A stretch of DNA of 63,970 nt from an uncultured Gammaproteobacteria bacterium. Lineage in GTDB: Bacteria; Patescibacteriota; Microgenomatia; PFEM01; JAHIFH01. Both the position numbers and the translations under genes were made by a program. The notes beneath the pieces were generated by a model. That model did not search any database and was not told the DNA's origin. It worked only from the letters and a program-made list of their open reading frames with translations. Position 1 is the first letter of the stretch. Each line of letters begins with the position of its first letter. Of this stretch, positions 52,667 to 61,841 are shown piece after piece. The stretch lies in assembly GCA_964347135.1 (NCBI GenBank), contig CAYFXA010000003.1:1-63970 (forward strand), given 5' to 3'.

Positions 52667-53052
52667 TAGAAAAAGTCTTTGCTGCTGAACTTCCCCTTGG
52701 CCCTATTGGCGGGGGAAAAGAAGAAGGTTTTGGGCCTTTTGGCTATCTTTGGGCGTTTTCTGACGTTGGCGAAGCTGCCAGACAATTTACCTCAATCCTT
52801 TCTAAAATCATTGGGGTGATGACCGTGATTGCCGGCATCTGGTTCTTCTTTATTCTGATGATTGGGGCTTTTGGCTATCTTTCGGCCGGAGGCGACTCAG
52901 AAAAAATAAAGAGCGCTACCCAAAGAATTGGTAATGGCTTAACTGGTTTGGTGGTAATTGTTTTAGCCTACGCTTTTATTTCCCTTATTGGCAGATTGCT
53001 GGGAATTGATATTCTTAATCCCCAGGATGTTATTGATTTATTAGGTCCGTAA
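52663..53052 (+). CDS. T4SS pilin-like protein 5
   Basis: 129 aa with an ATGA overlap to pilin-4. IAGIWFFFILMIGAFGYLSAGGDSEKIKSATQRIGNGLTGLVVIVLAY. Confidence 0.6.
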   Translation: MIEKVFAAELPLGPIGGGKEEGFGPFGYLWAFSDVGEAARQFTSILSKIIGVMTVIAGIWFFFILMIGAFGYLSAGGDSEKIKSATQRIGNGLTGLVVIVLAYAFISLIGRLLGIDILNPQDVIDLLGP

Positions 53053-53059
53053 AGATATC

Positions 53060-53428
53060 ATGATAAAAATCCTTTTAGCTCAAGGAGAGCCACCAGGAAT
53101 CTACAACCCTGCCTTAGATCCTTTTATTGGCAGAGGCGAAGGGGTAACCATTCTTAACACCTTTTTAAGTAATTTCATTAGCATTCTTTTAATCGTTGGC
53201 GTTATTGTTGCTTTTATCTTTCTCGTTATTGGTGCGATTCAATGGATGACCGCTGGTAATGATAAAGCAGCAATGGAATCTGCCAGAGGCAAAGTTATTA
53301 GTGCTATCATTGGCTTGGTTGTTCTCTTCACCGTCTTTGCTATAATAAAAATAATTGGTGCCATCTTTGGCATCGAACAATTAAAGCAATTGTTTTTTGA
53401 TATATCGCCATACTTAATTTCTGATTAG
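53060..53428 (+). CDS. T4SS pilin-like protein 6
   Basis: 122 aa. VGVIVAFIFLVIGAIQWMTAGNDKAAMESARGKVISAIIGLVVLFTVF. Confidence 0.6.
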   Translation: MIKILLAQGEPPGIYNPALDPFIGRGEGVTILNTFLSNFISILLIVGVIVAFIFLVIGAIQWMTAGNDKAAMESARGKVISAIIGLVVLFTVFAIIKIIGAIFGIEQLKQLFFDISPYLISD

Positions 53429-53452
53429 AAAAAGAAGAAAGGGGGTGAAAAG

Positions 53453-53830
53453 GTGAAGAAATTAAAAGAATTAACAAGCTACCTGATGCTTGCTCCGGTT
53501 CTGGCTGCAGAAGATAAAATTATAATCAAACCAGGACCAGAATTTGCAGGTTTGGAGAATATTACTGTTCCAGCCATTATTTCAGCGGCGATTAAATTTA
53601 TTTTGGTTGTTGCTGCTTTAGTCTCCTTCGTTTTCTTAGTAATTGGTGGAATCAGATGGATCACTTCCGCTGGTGACAAAGAAGGAACAGCTAAGGCTCA
53701 AGGGACGATTACAGCGGCTCTGATTGGATTGGTGATTGTTTTTGCTGCTTGGGCAATAATCCGTTTATTGCAAACATTCTTTGGATTGGGACCAATTTTC
53801 GAATTCGAAATTCCAGTAATTGGACAGTAG
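53453..53830 (+). CDS. T4SS pilin-like protein 7
   Basis: 125 aa with a GTG start and an SD (GGGGGTG) 5 nt upstream. It has a signal-like N-terminus. AALVSFVFLVIGGIRWITSAGDKEGTAKAQGTITAALIGLVIVFAAW. Confidence 0.65.
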   Translation: MKKLKELTSYLMLAPVLAAEDKIIIKPGPEFAGLENITVPAIISAAIKFILVVAALVSFVFLVIGGIRWITSAGDKEGTAKAQGTITAALIGLVIVFAAWAIIRLLQTFFGLGPIFEFEIPVIGQ

Positions 53831-53867
53831 AGTAGATTTGATCACTTTAATTAATTAAACCGAACAG

Positions 53868-53899
53868 ACACCTACTCTTGACGGTAGGTGTTTGCTGTT
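53868..53899 (+). terminator. rho-independent terminator-like hairpin after pilin-7
   Basis: ACACCTAC-tcttgacg-GTAGGTGT (8-bp stem) is followed by TTGCTGTTG. Confidence 0.5.
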
Positions 53900-53914
53900 G
53901 TAAAGTGAAAATTA

Positions 53915-54199
53915 ATGGTTGATGACGTTCACGAAATCAAAGATATTGTTGTTATCATTGAAAATATCTTTAGCATTATCATTCGCATTGCCGGAGTCGC
54001 TGCTTTCATCATGTTTATTGTTGGCGGTTTTAGATATTTAACTGCGGGCGGTGACCCTAAAGCGGCTGAATCAGCCAGAGGAACACTAACATACGCCATT
54101 CTTGGTTTGGTTTTGATTATTGCTGCTTGGTTTATTCTTAGATTCATTTCAGAATTTACTGGGGTAACCCAAATTCTTGAGTTTGAATTTAGTCCATAA
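53915..54199 (+). CDS. T4SS pilin-like protein 8
   Basis: 94 aa. IAGVAAFIMFIVGGFRYLTAGGDPKAAESARGTLTYAILGLVLIIAAW. The stop overlaps the next ATG by 1 nt. Confidence 0.65.
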   Translation: MVDDVHEIKDIVVIIENIFSIIIRIAGVAAFIMFIVGGFRYLTAGGDPKAAESARGTLTYAILGLVLIIAAWFILRFISEFTGVTQILEFEFSP

Positions 54200-57100
54200 T
54201 GAAAAAACTGCCCTTTTTACTTTCTTTTTTAACCATTTTCTTTTTAGCAATTATTTATCCATCCCAAACAAACGCCCAGGGATGTGGCGATATCTTTGGC
54301 TCAAATGTAGCAACAAATTGGTATCGCGAGAATCTTGAATTCATTAGAAATCAAGCCAATTGTTCCGGACCCATTCCCATTGAAGTCATTATCACCCCTG
54401 CTGAGAGAGACAACCACCAGCTTCTTTTAGACCTTGAAAAAAATTTAAGAGAACTAAATTTTGTTCCCACCTGGCGACCTTGGGGCAACGGCATGCCTCG
54501 CGGAAGTGAACTTCAAGCTTGGATTGATGCTGCCAGCGTTTTGTCCATTGGCCAATTCCAGCTTTTTAATGAACCTAACAACTGCTATTTTGGCTGCTTT
54601 TCAGGCTCAACACCAGACCCTGTTGCTGATGCCCAGGCAGCCCTTGTTTTTCTTGAGGCTAGTGAACAAGGAAAAATTAAAATTCCTCTTGCCCTAATGC
54701 CATTGTCACCCCGAACACCCAACTATGGCTCTTTTTTATCCGAGCAAAATTATTGGACCCAATTTAACAACGCCTGTGGAGGTTGTGTTAAAGATTTTGA
54801 TTATATTGGCTTAAATGTCTATCCCCTAACTTCACCAGGGGCAAATCCTAATGCGAATGTTGACAAATTCATTAGTGATTTTAGTGCCCAACTTAACTTT
54901 TTTGCCAGTCTGGGTGTTAACACGGCTACCACCAGATTTGTTATCACTGAGGCTGGTCTGGATCCGGGCATGTATGAAGGCAATTTTGAGCAAAGAGTGA
55001 GAGACACCATCGCCTTTGCTCAAGCCCTTGAAGCCAGAGTTAAAGCCGACCCTTCTCTTTTCCTTAATGTTGACCAAATTACTTTCTTCATAATGGACGA
55101 AAACACCAACAAACAATATTTAATTTATCGTCAGTGTGATGATGCCGGAAATTGTGAATGGGTGGTTGACGAATATAAAGTCTATAACATCAATGTCCCT
55201 GGTGTTCCTTTTATTCCTGGAGAATTCAGTCAGCTTGATTGCAATCCTGATTTGACTGGCGAACGAGACTCTCGCCCTTATTACAACATTCCTCAAGAGC
55301 GCGCTTGTGACCTTTGTAACCTTACGGGTCTATTCTGTTCTTCCTGCGCCACTAGTTTTGCGGTTCATGACACCGTAACCTACAAACGTGGTGCCGGAGC
55401 CGAAGAGCCACCCCATTGTGTTGAGAAATCTTGGGAAGGAACCGTTACCATTGACCCAACCAACACCAAAATTCCTTTTGTGGGAAAAAAGGGAGAGGAA
55501 AGTGAAGAAAAATATTTGGCGGATTATTTTGAGGGAACAAATGAGTACTACGAAAACTATTCCCATTATTGGAAAGATTGGATCAATTATGCAGGAGTTT
55601 GGCGAAAGCTATCGCCAATGAGCTATCAAAATATTTTGAAAAAACAGATGGTTGAAAGAGCGGAAAAATCCCTTGCTTTGGGTAATCAACCTCAAGTAGA
55701 AGGTATTCACGATTATCAACTTAATTACATTGGCCGACTCTGTTGGGATGCTCCTTTTTGGATTGAAGTGATTAATACTGTTCTTGGGAAAATTGCTGGG
55801 GCTTTCGGGCTTACCATACCTGATGTAACCAATTTCTGCCTTTTCGAAGATTCAGAAAATCACCCAGAGCAGTTTGCTTTAATTCAAGTATATAAGTATA
55901 CGATTCGCGACCTTCCTTTTATCAACGACCGGTACAATCAGGGAGTTACGGCAACTCTTTCCGAGCTTGAAGAACATCTCCCTCCTGACCCCTTCGAAGA
56001 AAACTACCCTGAAAAATGGGACGAGTGGAAAAAATCAGACGGAGGTAAATGGTATAAACTCTGGCAAGTTGTGCCCATGTTTTCTCATGAAGATACTCCG
56101 GGACAAATTCTTCCCTACCTAGGCTATAAATCAAAAGATGAGCCAAAATTCATCCCACCAGAAGTGGAAAAGGTTCCTCACGTTGCTCGGCTCTATGAAG
56201 CTACTCAAGAAGTACAAACGATGCTAACACCATTTTATCAAGAAGATTTGCTGTTCACCCAAAACAAAGCAAAATCAACCCTTGCTTCGTCAAAAACTTT
56301 TCAGCCAACTACCATTAATCCCACTGAAAAAAATATTTTAGGGGAAAAAGCGCTTTTAGCCCAAGGAGAAGCGTGCCAAGAATGCCCTGAGCTTTCCATC
56401 GCCAATCCTGGTATTTCTAACGGCATGGTTCATTACACTTATTTACTCTGCCATAGTTGTCCTGGTCATGGGGTTATTGGTGATGTTTTTGTTGGTCCTT
56501 GCGGTGGAGTCAGCCAAATGAAAAATATTCCCCCTCCTTGTTTTTCAACCAATCATCCGGCGATTGCTCCACCAGTACCCATCAGTTGTCGAGGAACAGC
56601 CAATATTTGCATTGCTTTTAAGTGTGACTCCTCCGAAGCTTGCCCAGGTTGTTGGGGTCAGTGGCAATCAGAGAGCTGCCAAGTCACAGTTGACGAAGGT
56701 TGTAATATTACTGACACTACTTGTGGAGCTGTTGCGGTTGAACCACCTGTTTGTGGTATCTCTGGACCAGCACCTGTTATGGACTGTGAACAGGCAGCAA
56801 TTACTGACCCAAATGAAAAAGACGATCTCTGTTGTGATCCAATTACCATTACTCTTAATGCGGTTGATGCTTTTGAAAATCCTGAATACGAAAAATGTCG
56901 AGCCGAAGGAATCACCTGTCAACCGCCAGGTTGTATTCCTGGAGTCAGCTGTATTAGTTGTGATAATCCTTGTGAAGAAAAAGTTGAAAAAGCTGTTAGT
57001 CGGCGCTTTGGCATTAACCTTCTTCACCCATATCTCACTGATATTTGGGAACAAACTGGGTTAGCGGAAACCGCTGGCTTGTTTAATTTTTTCCGACCTG

Positions 57101-57294
57101 AAAGTGAGAAAATTCCCAAATTTAGAGAGATTGACGCCAGTAGTGAAATTATTTACACCCAAACAGGTTTTGAGTCAATCGAACCCTCAGTTGGTAAGTT
57201 CTATTTTAATTATCTTGGGGGTGTCCAATTAGCTAAAGAGTGGGTAACTAGAGCCTTAATGCCTTTGAAAAGTAGTATTGAAATCATCCATTAG
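54199..57294 (+). CDS. large secreted protein: N-terminal clan GH-A glycosidase-like domain, central domain of unknown function, Cys-rich C-terminal region
   Basis: 1031 aa with a signal/TM helix (LPFLLSFLTIFFLAIIY). LFNEPN (E125, 54571-54573) and VITEAGLD (E251) have the spacing expected for the acid/base and nucleophile of a GH5-like barrel. Residues ~725-935 contain 33 Cys. Confidence 0.55.
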   Translation: MKKLPFLLSFLTIFFLAIIYPSQTNAQGCGDIFGSNVATNWYRENLEFIRNQANCSGPIPIEVIITPAERDNHQLLLDLEKNLRELNFVPTWRPWGNGMPRGSELQAWIDAASVLSIGQFQLFNEPNNCYFGCFSGSTPDPVADAQAALVFLEASEQGKIKIPLALMPLSPRTPNYGSFLSEQNYWTQFNNACGGCVKDFDYIGLNVYPLTSPGANPNANVDKFISDFSAQLNFFASLGVNTATTRFVITEAGLDPGMYEGNFEQRVRDTIAFAQALEARVKADPSLFLNVDQITFFIMDENTNKQYLIYRQCDDAGNCEWVVDEYKVYNINVPGVPFIPGEFSQLDCNPDLTGERDSRPYYNIPQERACDLCNLTGLFCSSCATSFAVHDTVTYKRGAGAEEPPHCVEKSWEGTVTIDPTNTKIPFVGKKGEESEEKYLADYFEGTNEYYENYSHYWKDWINYAGVWRKLSPMSYQNILKKQMVERAEKSLALGNQPQVEGIHDYQLNYIGRLCWDAPFWIEVINTVLGKIAGAFGLTIPDVTNFCLFEDSENHPEQFALIQVYKYTIRDLPFINDRYNQGVTATLSELEEHLPPDPFEENYPEKWDEWKKSDGGKWYKLWQVVPMFSHEDTPGQILPYLGYKSKDEPKFIPPEVEKVPHVARLYEATQEVQTMLTPFYQEDLLFTQNKAKSTLASSKTFQPTTINPTEKNILGEKALLAQGEACQECPELSIANPGISNGMVHYTYLLCHSCPGHGVIGDVFVGPCGGVSQMKNIPPPCFSTNHPAIAPPVPISCRGTANICIAFKCDSSEACPGCWGQWQSESCQVTVDEGCNITDTTCGAVAVEPPVCGISGPAPVMDCEQAAITDPNEKDDLCCDPITITLNAVDAFENPEYEKCRAEGITCQPPGCIPGVSCISCDNPCEEKVEKAVSRRFGINLLHPYLTDIWEQTGLAETAGLFNFFRPESEKIPKFREIDASSEIIYTQTGFESIEPSVGKFYFNYLGGVQLAKEWVTRALMPLKSSIEIIH

Positions 57295-57323
57295 GGGTGT
57301 TATTGTTAAACTAATCTTTAACT

Positions 57324-58874
57324 ATGCTGTCCAAATTCTTAGCTAAAAGAAAAATTGCTCTAATTATTCTTTTCTTTTTTTTAACTTCCATTTTGTTGTC
57401 TAAACCAAGCCAGGCTTTCTACACCCCGAATTCAACCTACCAGTTTCAGTTTGAACAAGCGGTTTATAAAAGTCCTGAAGACATGAATCTCCAAAGTTTT
57501 GTTTATGAAACTTTAAAGGCAGTAATGGGGTCAATAATGTCCACAATTTTTGGTTGTGTCACTTGTGCGCCAGGAGAAGGTGAAAGAGGAGCAATCGGAA
57601 CAATCAGCAGTTTCATTGCCTTTCTTTACTCTAGCCCTCCGGCTTCGGGAGTTGAGTACTTGGCGAGTATAGGAAGAAGATTAAATGTTGCTCAACCAAC
57701 TTATGCTCAAGAGGAAAGTCCAGGCTTTGGAAAAATGAGACCTTACCTTGATATTTGGAAAAAGTTCCGAGATTTAAGTTATGTTTTCTTTGTTCTCATT
57801 CTAATCTTCATGGGTTTCGCTATTATGTTTAGGGTTAAAATTGACCCCCAAACGGTTATTACTCTCCAATCAGCCTTGCCAAAAGTGGTTCTTGCTTTAA
57901 TCTTAATCACCTTCTCTTATGCCATTGTAGGATTACTAATTGATTTTATGTACGTGGCTGCCAATCTTATCCTGTTTACTTTTGGCGATCTAATAGGAAT
58001 TTTTGATTGGGCTGAAAAGATTGGCTATGACATGGCGATTACCAGTGATTTCAAAGCTTTCGGGGTTATCATCTTAGCTGGGCTTTTCCCCTCATTGGTG
58101 ATTATTATTTTCTTTTTACTTCTAATGATTGTCCCTTCTGTTGTTGGTGGATTTATTGGCGCAATCGTAGCAGGAGTACCAGGAATATTGGCAATGGGCG
58201 CTATTGATTTTTTCATTCTTGTTCTCTTGGCAATCGTCTTTTTAATTGCTCTTATCCGCGTTTTTTGGTCTCTTTTGAAAGCTTACGTAATGGTAATTAT
58301 AAACTTAATTTTTGCTCCTTTCATAATTCTAATTGGGGTTTTGCCAGGAAGTAACACCATCGGCACATGGTTTAGAAATTTAATCGCTAACTTGGCGGTT
58401 TTTCCAGCAACTTTAATGATGATTCTTCTTTCCTTTTACCTTGTTTATTATGCTTTGAAGGGCGTCATTTTTGATCGAATACTTAGTTTACTAACAGGGG
58501 AAATTAGCAGTTTTGAAGAATTTATGTATCTAATTGGAGATTCCATTGGCAACGCTCCAGAAATGACAATTCTCTGCTTTGTTAGTTTAGGAATTCTTCT
58601 CATGGCACCCAAAGTATCAGATATGATAAAATCCTTTGTTGCCGGTAGACCTTTTGAAAACGGCACGGCCCTTGGTCAAGCACTAGGACCAATACCAATG
58701 GTTGCCCCTTACGGAGTTGGCTACGGGACGAGACGGGCGCAAACATGGGCGGGTAAGCTTGTGGCGAGAACACCTGAAGATACACGGCTAAGAACAATTG
58801 CTGAGAAAATAGAATCGATGACAAGTTATGTCCGTCAATTAGCAGAAATTCAAAAATTTACGCCGCCGCCATAA
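57324..58874 (+). CDS. polytopic membrane protein, VirB6/TrbL-like by position and topology
   Basis: 516 aa with many long hydrophobic segments between residues ~150 and 430. It lies directly downstream of the pilins and upstream of the VirB3/VirB4-like genes. No sequence motif is available to me. Confidence 0.45.
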   Translation: MLSKFLAKRKIALIILFFFLTSILLSKPSQAFYTPNSTYQFQFEQAVYKSPEDMNLQSFVYETLKAVMGSIMSTIFGCVTCAPGEGERGAIGTISSFIAFLYSSPPASGVEYLASIGRRLNVAQPTYAQEESPGFGKMRPYLDIWKKFRDLSYVFFVLILIFMGFAIMFRVKIDPQTVITLQSALPKVVLALILITFSYAIVGLLIDFMYVAANLILFTFGDLIGIFDWAEKIGYDMAITSDFKAFGVIILAGLFPSLVIIIFFLLLMIVPSVVGGFIGAIVAGVPGILAMGAIDFFILVLLAIVFLIALIRVFWSLLKAYVMVIINLIFAPFIILIGVLPGSNTIGTWFRNLIANLAVFPATLMMILLSFYLVYYALKGVIFDRILSLLTGEISSFEEFMYLIGDSIGNAPEMTILCFVSLGILLMAPKVSDMIKSFVAGRPFENGTALGQALGPIPMVAPYGVGYGTRRAQTWAGKLVARTPEDTRLRTIAEKIESMTSYVRQLAEIQKFTPPP

Positions 58875-58879
58875 CAAAA

Positions 58880-59065
58880 GTGGAAAAAAAAGAAGACTTT
58901 AGTCCAGAAGAAGCCATAAAAGAATCCCTAAAACCAGCAAAAGGAGCAGCTAAATTTGGAATAGGTTATTTCGCTAACAAAGTTGGAGGAAAACCTGCCT
59001 CAAGTGAGGCCGGCAGAGTCTTTAAAAAAATTGTTGACGTTTTAGGATGGTCTTCTGAAAAATAG
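58880..59065 (+). CDS. small hypothetical protein
   Basis: 61 aa, GTG start 5 nt after the upstream stop, Lys/Gly-rich. Coding status is uncertain. Confidence 0.3.
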   Translation: MEKKEDFSPEEAIKESLKPAKGAAKFGIGYFANKVGGKPASSEAGRVFKKIVDVLGWSSEK

Positions 59066-59070
59066 AATTT

Positions 59071-60735
59071 TCACTCCACTTCTCCAAAAGGGGCCCCACT
59101 CGCTACTTGAGCGGCCTTTGCTTCGTTTGCCTCTTCCCCACCCCATCTCTTTTTAAGTTTCTCTTTTGAAAAATCTTGTTTAGAAGCCGCTGCTGCTCCT
59201 TTAACAAGAAGTTCCGATATTCTTAATTTTTCGGCATCAGCCATCTTATTTAAATCCCCCCATGTTCTATCAGGAAAACGGCTGTATTCGCCTTCGGTAA
59301 TCAAATAAGGAGCAACAACAATATTAAAAGCTTTGTTCATTTCTCTCCAAGTAACAGGGTTGGCCATAAGGCTAGCATCCCACTTTTCTCTAGTCAAAGC
59401 CTCAAAAAGACCACTAATTCCACCTTCACTTTTTCTGCCAGCAAAGAAAATTCGGAGACAATAATCATACCAGGCGTACTTCGGCATTTTTCCCCAGGGC
59501 AATTCTCCTAGTTTTTTTTCCTCATTCCACCACAATTCCCAAAAGGAACGAATGTTTTGACAGCTAACATCATCCTCTGGTTCATAAGGAGTTCGGAGAT
59601 AGTGTAAGAAATCAACAGCTAATCGGGAGCTTGTGTCTTTAACGGTCTTATCAGGACCATGTAAGTGACCAGCACCTGCTTCCAATTCTCTTCTTAATTT
59701 GGGCCAGAAAATCTTTCTCCTGTCATCGGCAACAGGAAAACCGCCTAATTTCTCTTTTCCATCAACCTCTCCTCTGGCGAAGGTAGTGGCAATACCCCAT
59801 AAACGAAAGATTCGCCAAGCCAATTGTTCCGCTGCTTCATCTCCACCCAATTTTTCAAGAACAAAATCTCGCATTTCTTCTAATTTATCTTCAGGTGGGT
59901 CAGCTACAAAAAGATTTTTCAAACCTAGTTGCCATTGTCGTATCCATTCTCTATCTTCTTGGCTTATCATGTTTCTCAACCAAGGTCTGTTATTCAGTTC
60001 TTGTTCAAACCGTTCTTCATCAAAACTCATTGCCAAAGCGGTAAACCAGCGCATTCCCTTATCAATTTTGTCTCCAAAAGCAGGTTCTCCCTCTTTTGTT
60101 AACGGAGCCTTAAACAAAGTTCCCCAAACATATTTTGAATCCAGCAAAGTATAATCTTTATATTTCAAAAATAAGGCGGCTATAGAAGGTAAATCATCAT
60201 CTACACCCTCAAAAACATCCAGGGCTGTATTAAGATCATTTCGGGCATCGAACTCTTCTCTCAACCTTTTTACTTCTTCGAAAAAAGCTTCTTGCTCAAC
60301 ACTTTTTGGAGAAATATCCTCAAGTTCCCATTTTTTTTCGTCCAAAACACCCCTCGTTTGGTCAACAATAATGTAACTGAACCGACCTCCTAAACCCTCC
60401 AATCCCCCTAACAACCTTCTGAAATGAAATCTCATATCTTCGAGTGTTTTTGCTCTTTCCATATTTTCAACTTGTTTCATTCCATAGCCTCGAACAAAAA
60501 AAGGCCTTTCTCCCTCTGGCCAGAGCGGAGCAGGCTCTTCTTCGTCAGGGCCCTGTCCTCCCATAATTGGTCTTTCTTCAACCATTTTTCTTATTCTTGC
60601 TTCTTGTTCTTCTTTTGCCATTTCCGCTGCCCTTTCTACTTCTAGTTCATCGCGTTCTTCTGCGCTTAGCGGTTTTGGTCTTTCTTCAACCATGTTTTCT
60701 TCGGGCATGTTTGGTGTAATTTTCCTTTCAATCAA
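59071..60735 (-). CDS. hypothetical soluble Glu/Arg/Trp-rich protein, no recognisable family
   Basis: 554 aa with no hydrophobic helix and an acidic N-terminus (EERDELEVERAAEMAKEEQEARIRKMVEE). It is Trp-rich (WELWWNEEKKLGELPWGKMPKYAWYDY). It is the only minus-strand gene between the VirB6-like and PrgI-like genes. Confidence 0.6.
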   Translation of the reverse strand: MIERKITPNMPEENMVEERPKPLSAEERDELEVERAAEMAKEEQEARIRKMVEERPIMGGQGPDEEEPAPLWPEGERPFFVRGYGMKQVENMERAKTLEDMRFHFRRLLGGLEGLGGRFSYIIVDQTRGVLDEKKWELEDISPKSVEQEAFFEEVKRLREEFDARNDLNTALDVFEGVDDDLPSIAALFLKYKDYTLLDSKYVWGTLFKAPLTKEGEPAFGDKIDKGMRWFTALAMSFDEERFEQELNNRPWLRNMISQEDREWIRQWQLGLKNLFVADPPEDKLEEMRDFVLEKLGGDEAAEQLAWRIFRLWGIATTFARGEVDGKEKLGGFPVADDRRKIFWPKLRRELEAGAGHLHGPDKTVKDTSSRLAVDFLHYLRTPYEPEDDVSCQNIRSFWELWWNEEKKLGELPWGKMPKYAWYDYCLRIFFAGRKSEGGISGLFEALTREKWDASLMANPVTWREMNKAFNIVVAPYLITEGEYSRFPDRTWGDLNKMADAEKLRISELLVKGAAAASKQDFSKEKLKKRWGGEEANEAKAAQVASGAPFGEVE

Positions 60736-60848
60736 ATTATACTATACCACTTTAAATAATCAAAGAATTGCTCTATTTTGCTTGTAATTTGACCTATTAT
60801 GAGCTGGTTGAATTGAAAAACACCAGTGTCTACAATAAAAAAGTAACC

Positions 60849-61841
60849 ATGGAACAACATCCTGTCCCACAACACATTTCTTCTTATCAATTCCGTTTGA
60901 TCGGTGACATGACCATTAAGCAGTTCGGCATGTTGGCGAGTGGCTGCATTATTGGTTTAATCCTTTATGCCTCACCCCTTGCTTCTCTTGTTAAATGGCC
61001 CCTGATTGTTCTCTCAATTGCCCTGGGTGTTGCCCTTGCTTTTGTTCCGGTTCAAGAAAGACCATTGGATCAATGGATTATGGCTTTTGTCAAAGCCATT
61101 TTCTCACCCACTCAATTTGCTTGGAAAAAACAACCTAAGAAATTAGAAATGTTCAAAACTACTCCTAAGAAAAAATTGTTTCGAAAAGCACCAACACCGC
61201 CGCCAGACAGAAAACAACTGACCGAATATCTTGCCACTCTGCCCACAGAACCCAAAAGCACCCTTGATCAGCAAGAAGAAAATTTTGTTAAAAAAGCGGT
61301 CAATATGTTTCAGTTAGCCAAAATGCCTTCGCCAAAACCAGTACCCAGTATCCCTCCAATGCCAACTCAACCAGTTCAGCCCGTTCCTCGAAAACCAAAA
61401 CCAACCTACAAACCAAAGGTTTCTCCTCCAGTAAAACCAATTACTCCTCCAAAGAAAAAACGAGTGGTTTTACCTGAAGAACCAGGTCGTCCCAAAAAGC
61501 CAAAGGTTAAAGCCAAGTTCAGTCCGGAACTGCCTTTTCCTGAACGACCTTCTCAACCTAACACTCTGGTGGGCATGGTTCTTGACCCGCAAGGCAAAAT
61601 CATTGAAGGAGCGATAATTGAAATCAGGGACAGTCAAGGTATTCCCGTAAGAGCCTTAAAAACCAATAAATTAGGCCAATTTCGAAGCGTTACCCCTTTG
61701 GAAGATGGTCAGTACGAAATCGAAATCGAAAAAGAAACTTATTTATTTGATATTCTCAAAATTAAATTAACCGGCGCGGTAGTTGAACCTTTAGAAATCC
61801 GCGCCAAAGGAAAAGCCAGTGGACCTGCCCAAAACGCTTGA
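60849..61841 (+). CDS. PrgI/VirB3-like membrane protein fused to a Pro/Lys-rich linker and a carboxypeptidase-regulatory-like beta-sandwich
   Basis: It has the ATG at 60849. MEQHPVPQHISSYQFRLIGDMTIKQFGMLASGCIIGLILY matches the PrgI-family start (VP..I....k.iG.lT.kQF plus 2 TM). The linker is PKPVPSIPPMPTQPVQPVPRKPKP... The C-terminal part is GMVLDPQGKIIEGAIIEIRDSQG..KTNKLGQF..LEDGQYEIEI. Confidence 0.65.
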   Translation: MEQHPVPQHISSYQFRLIGDMTIKQFGMLASGCIIGLILYASPLASLVKWPLIVLSIALGVALAFVPVQERPLDQWIMAFVKAIFSPTQFAWKKQPKKLEMFKTTPKKKLFRKAPTPPPDRKQLTEYLATLPTEPKSTLDQQEENFVKKAVNMFQLAKMPSPKPVPSIPPMPTQPVQPVPRKPKPTYKPKVSPPVKPITPPKKKRVVLPEEPGRPKKPKVKAKFSPELPFPERPSQPNTLVGMVLDPQGKIIEGAIIEIRDSQGIPVRALKTNKLGQFRSVTPLEDGQYEIEIEKETYLFDILKIKLTGAVVEPLEIRAKGKASGPAQNA

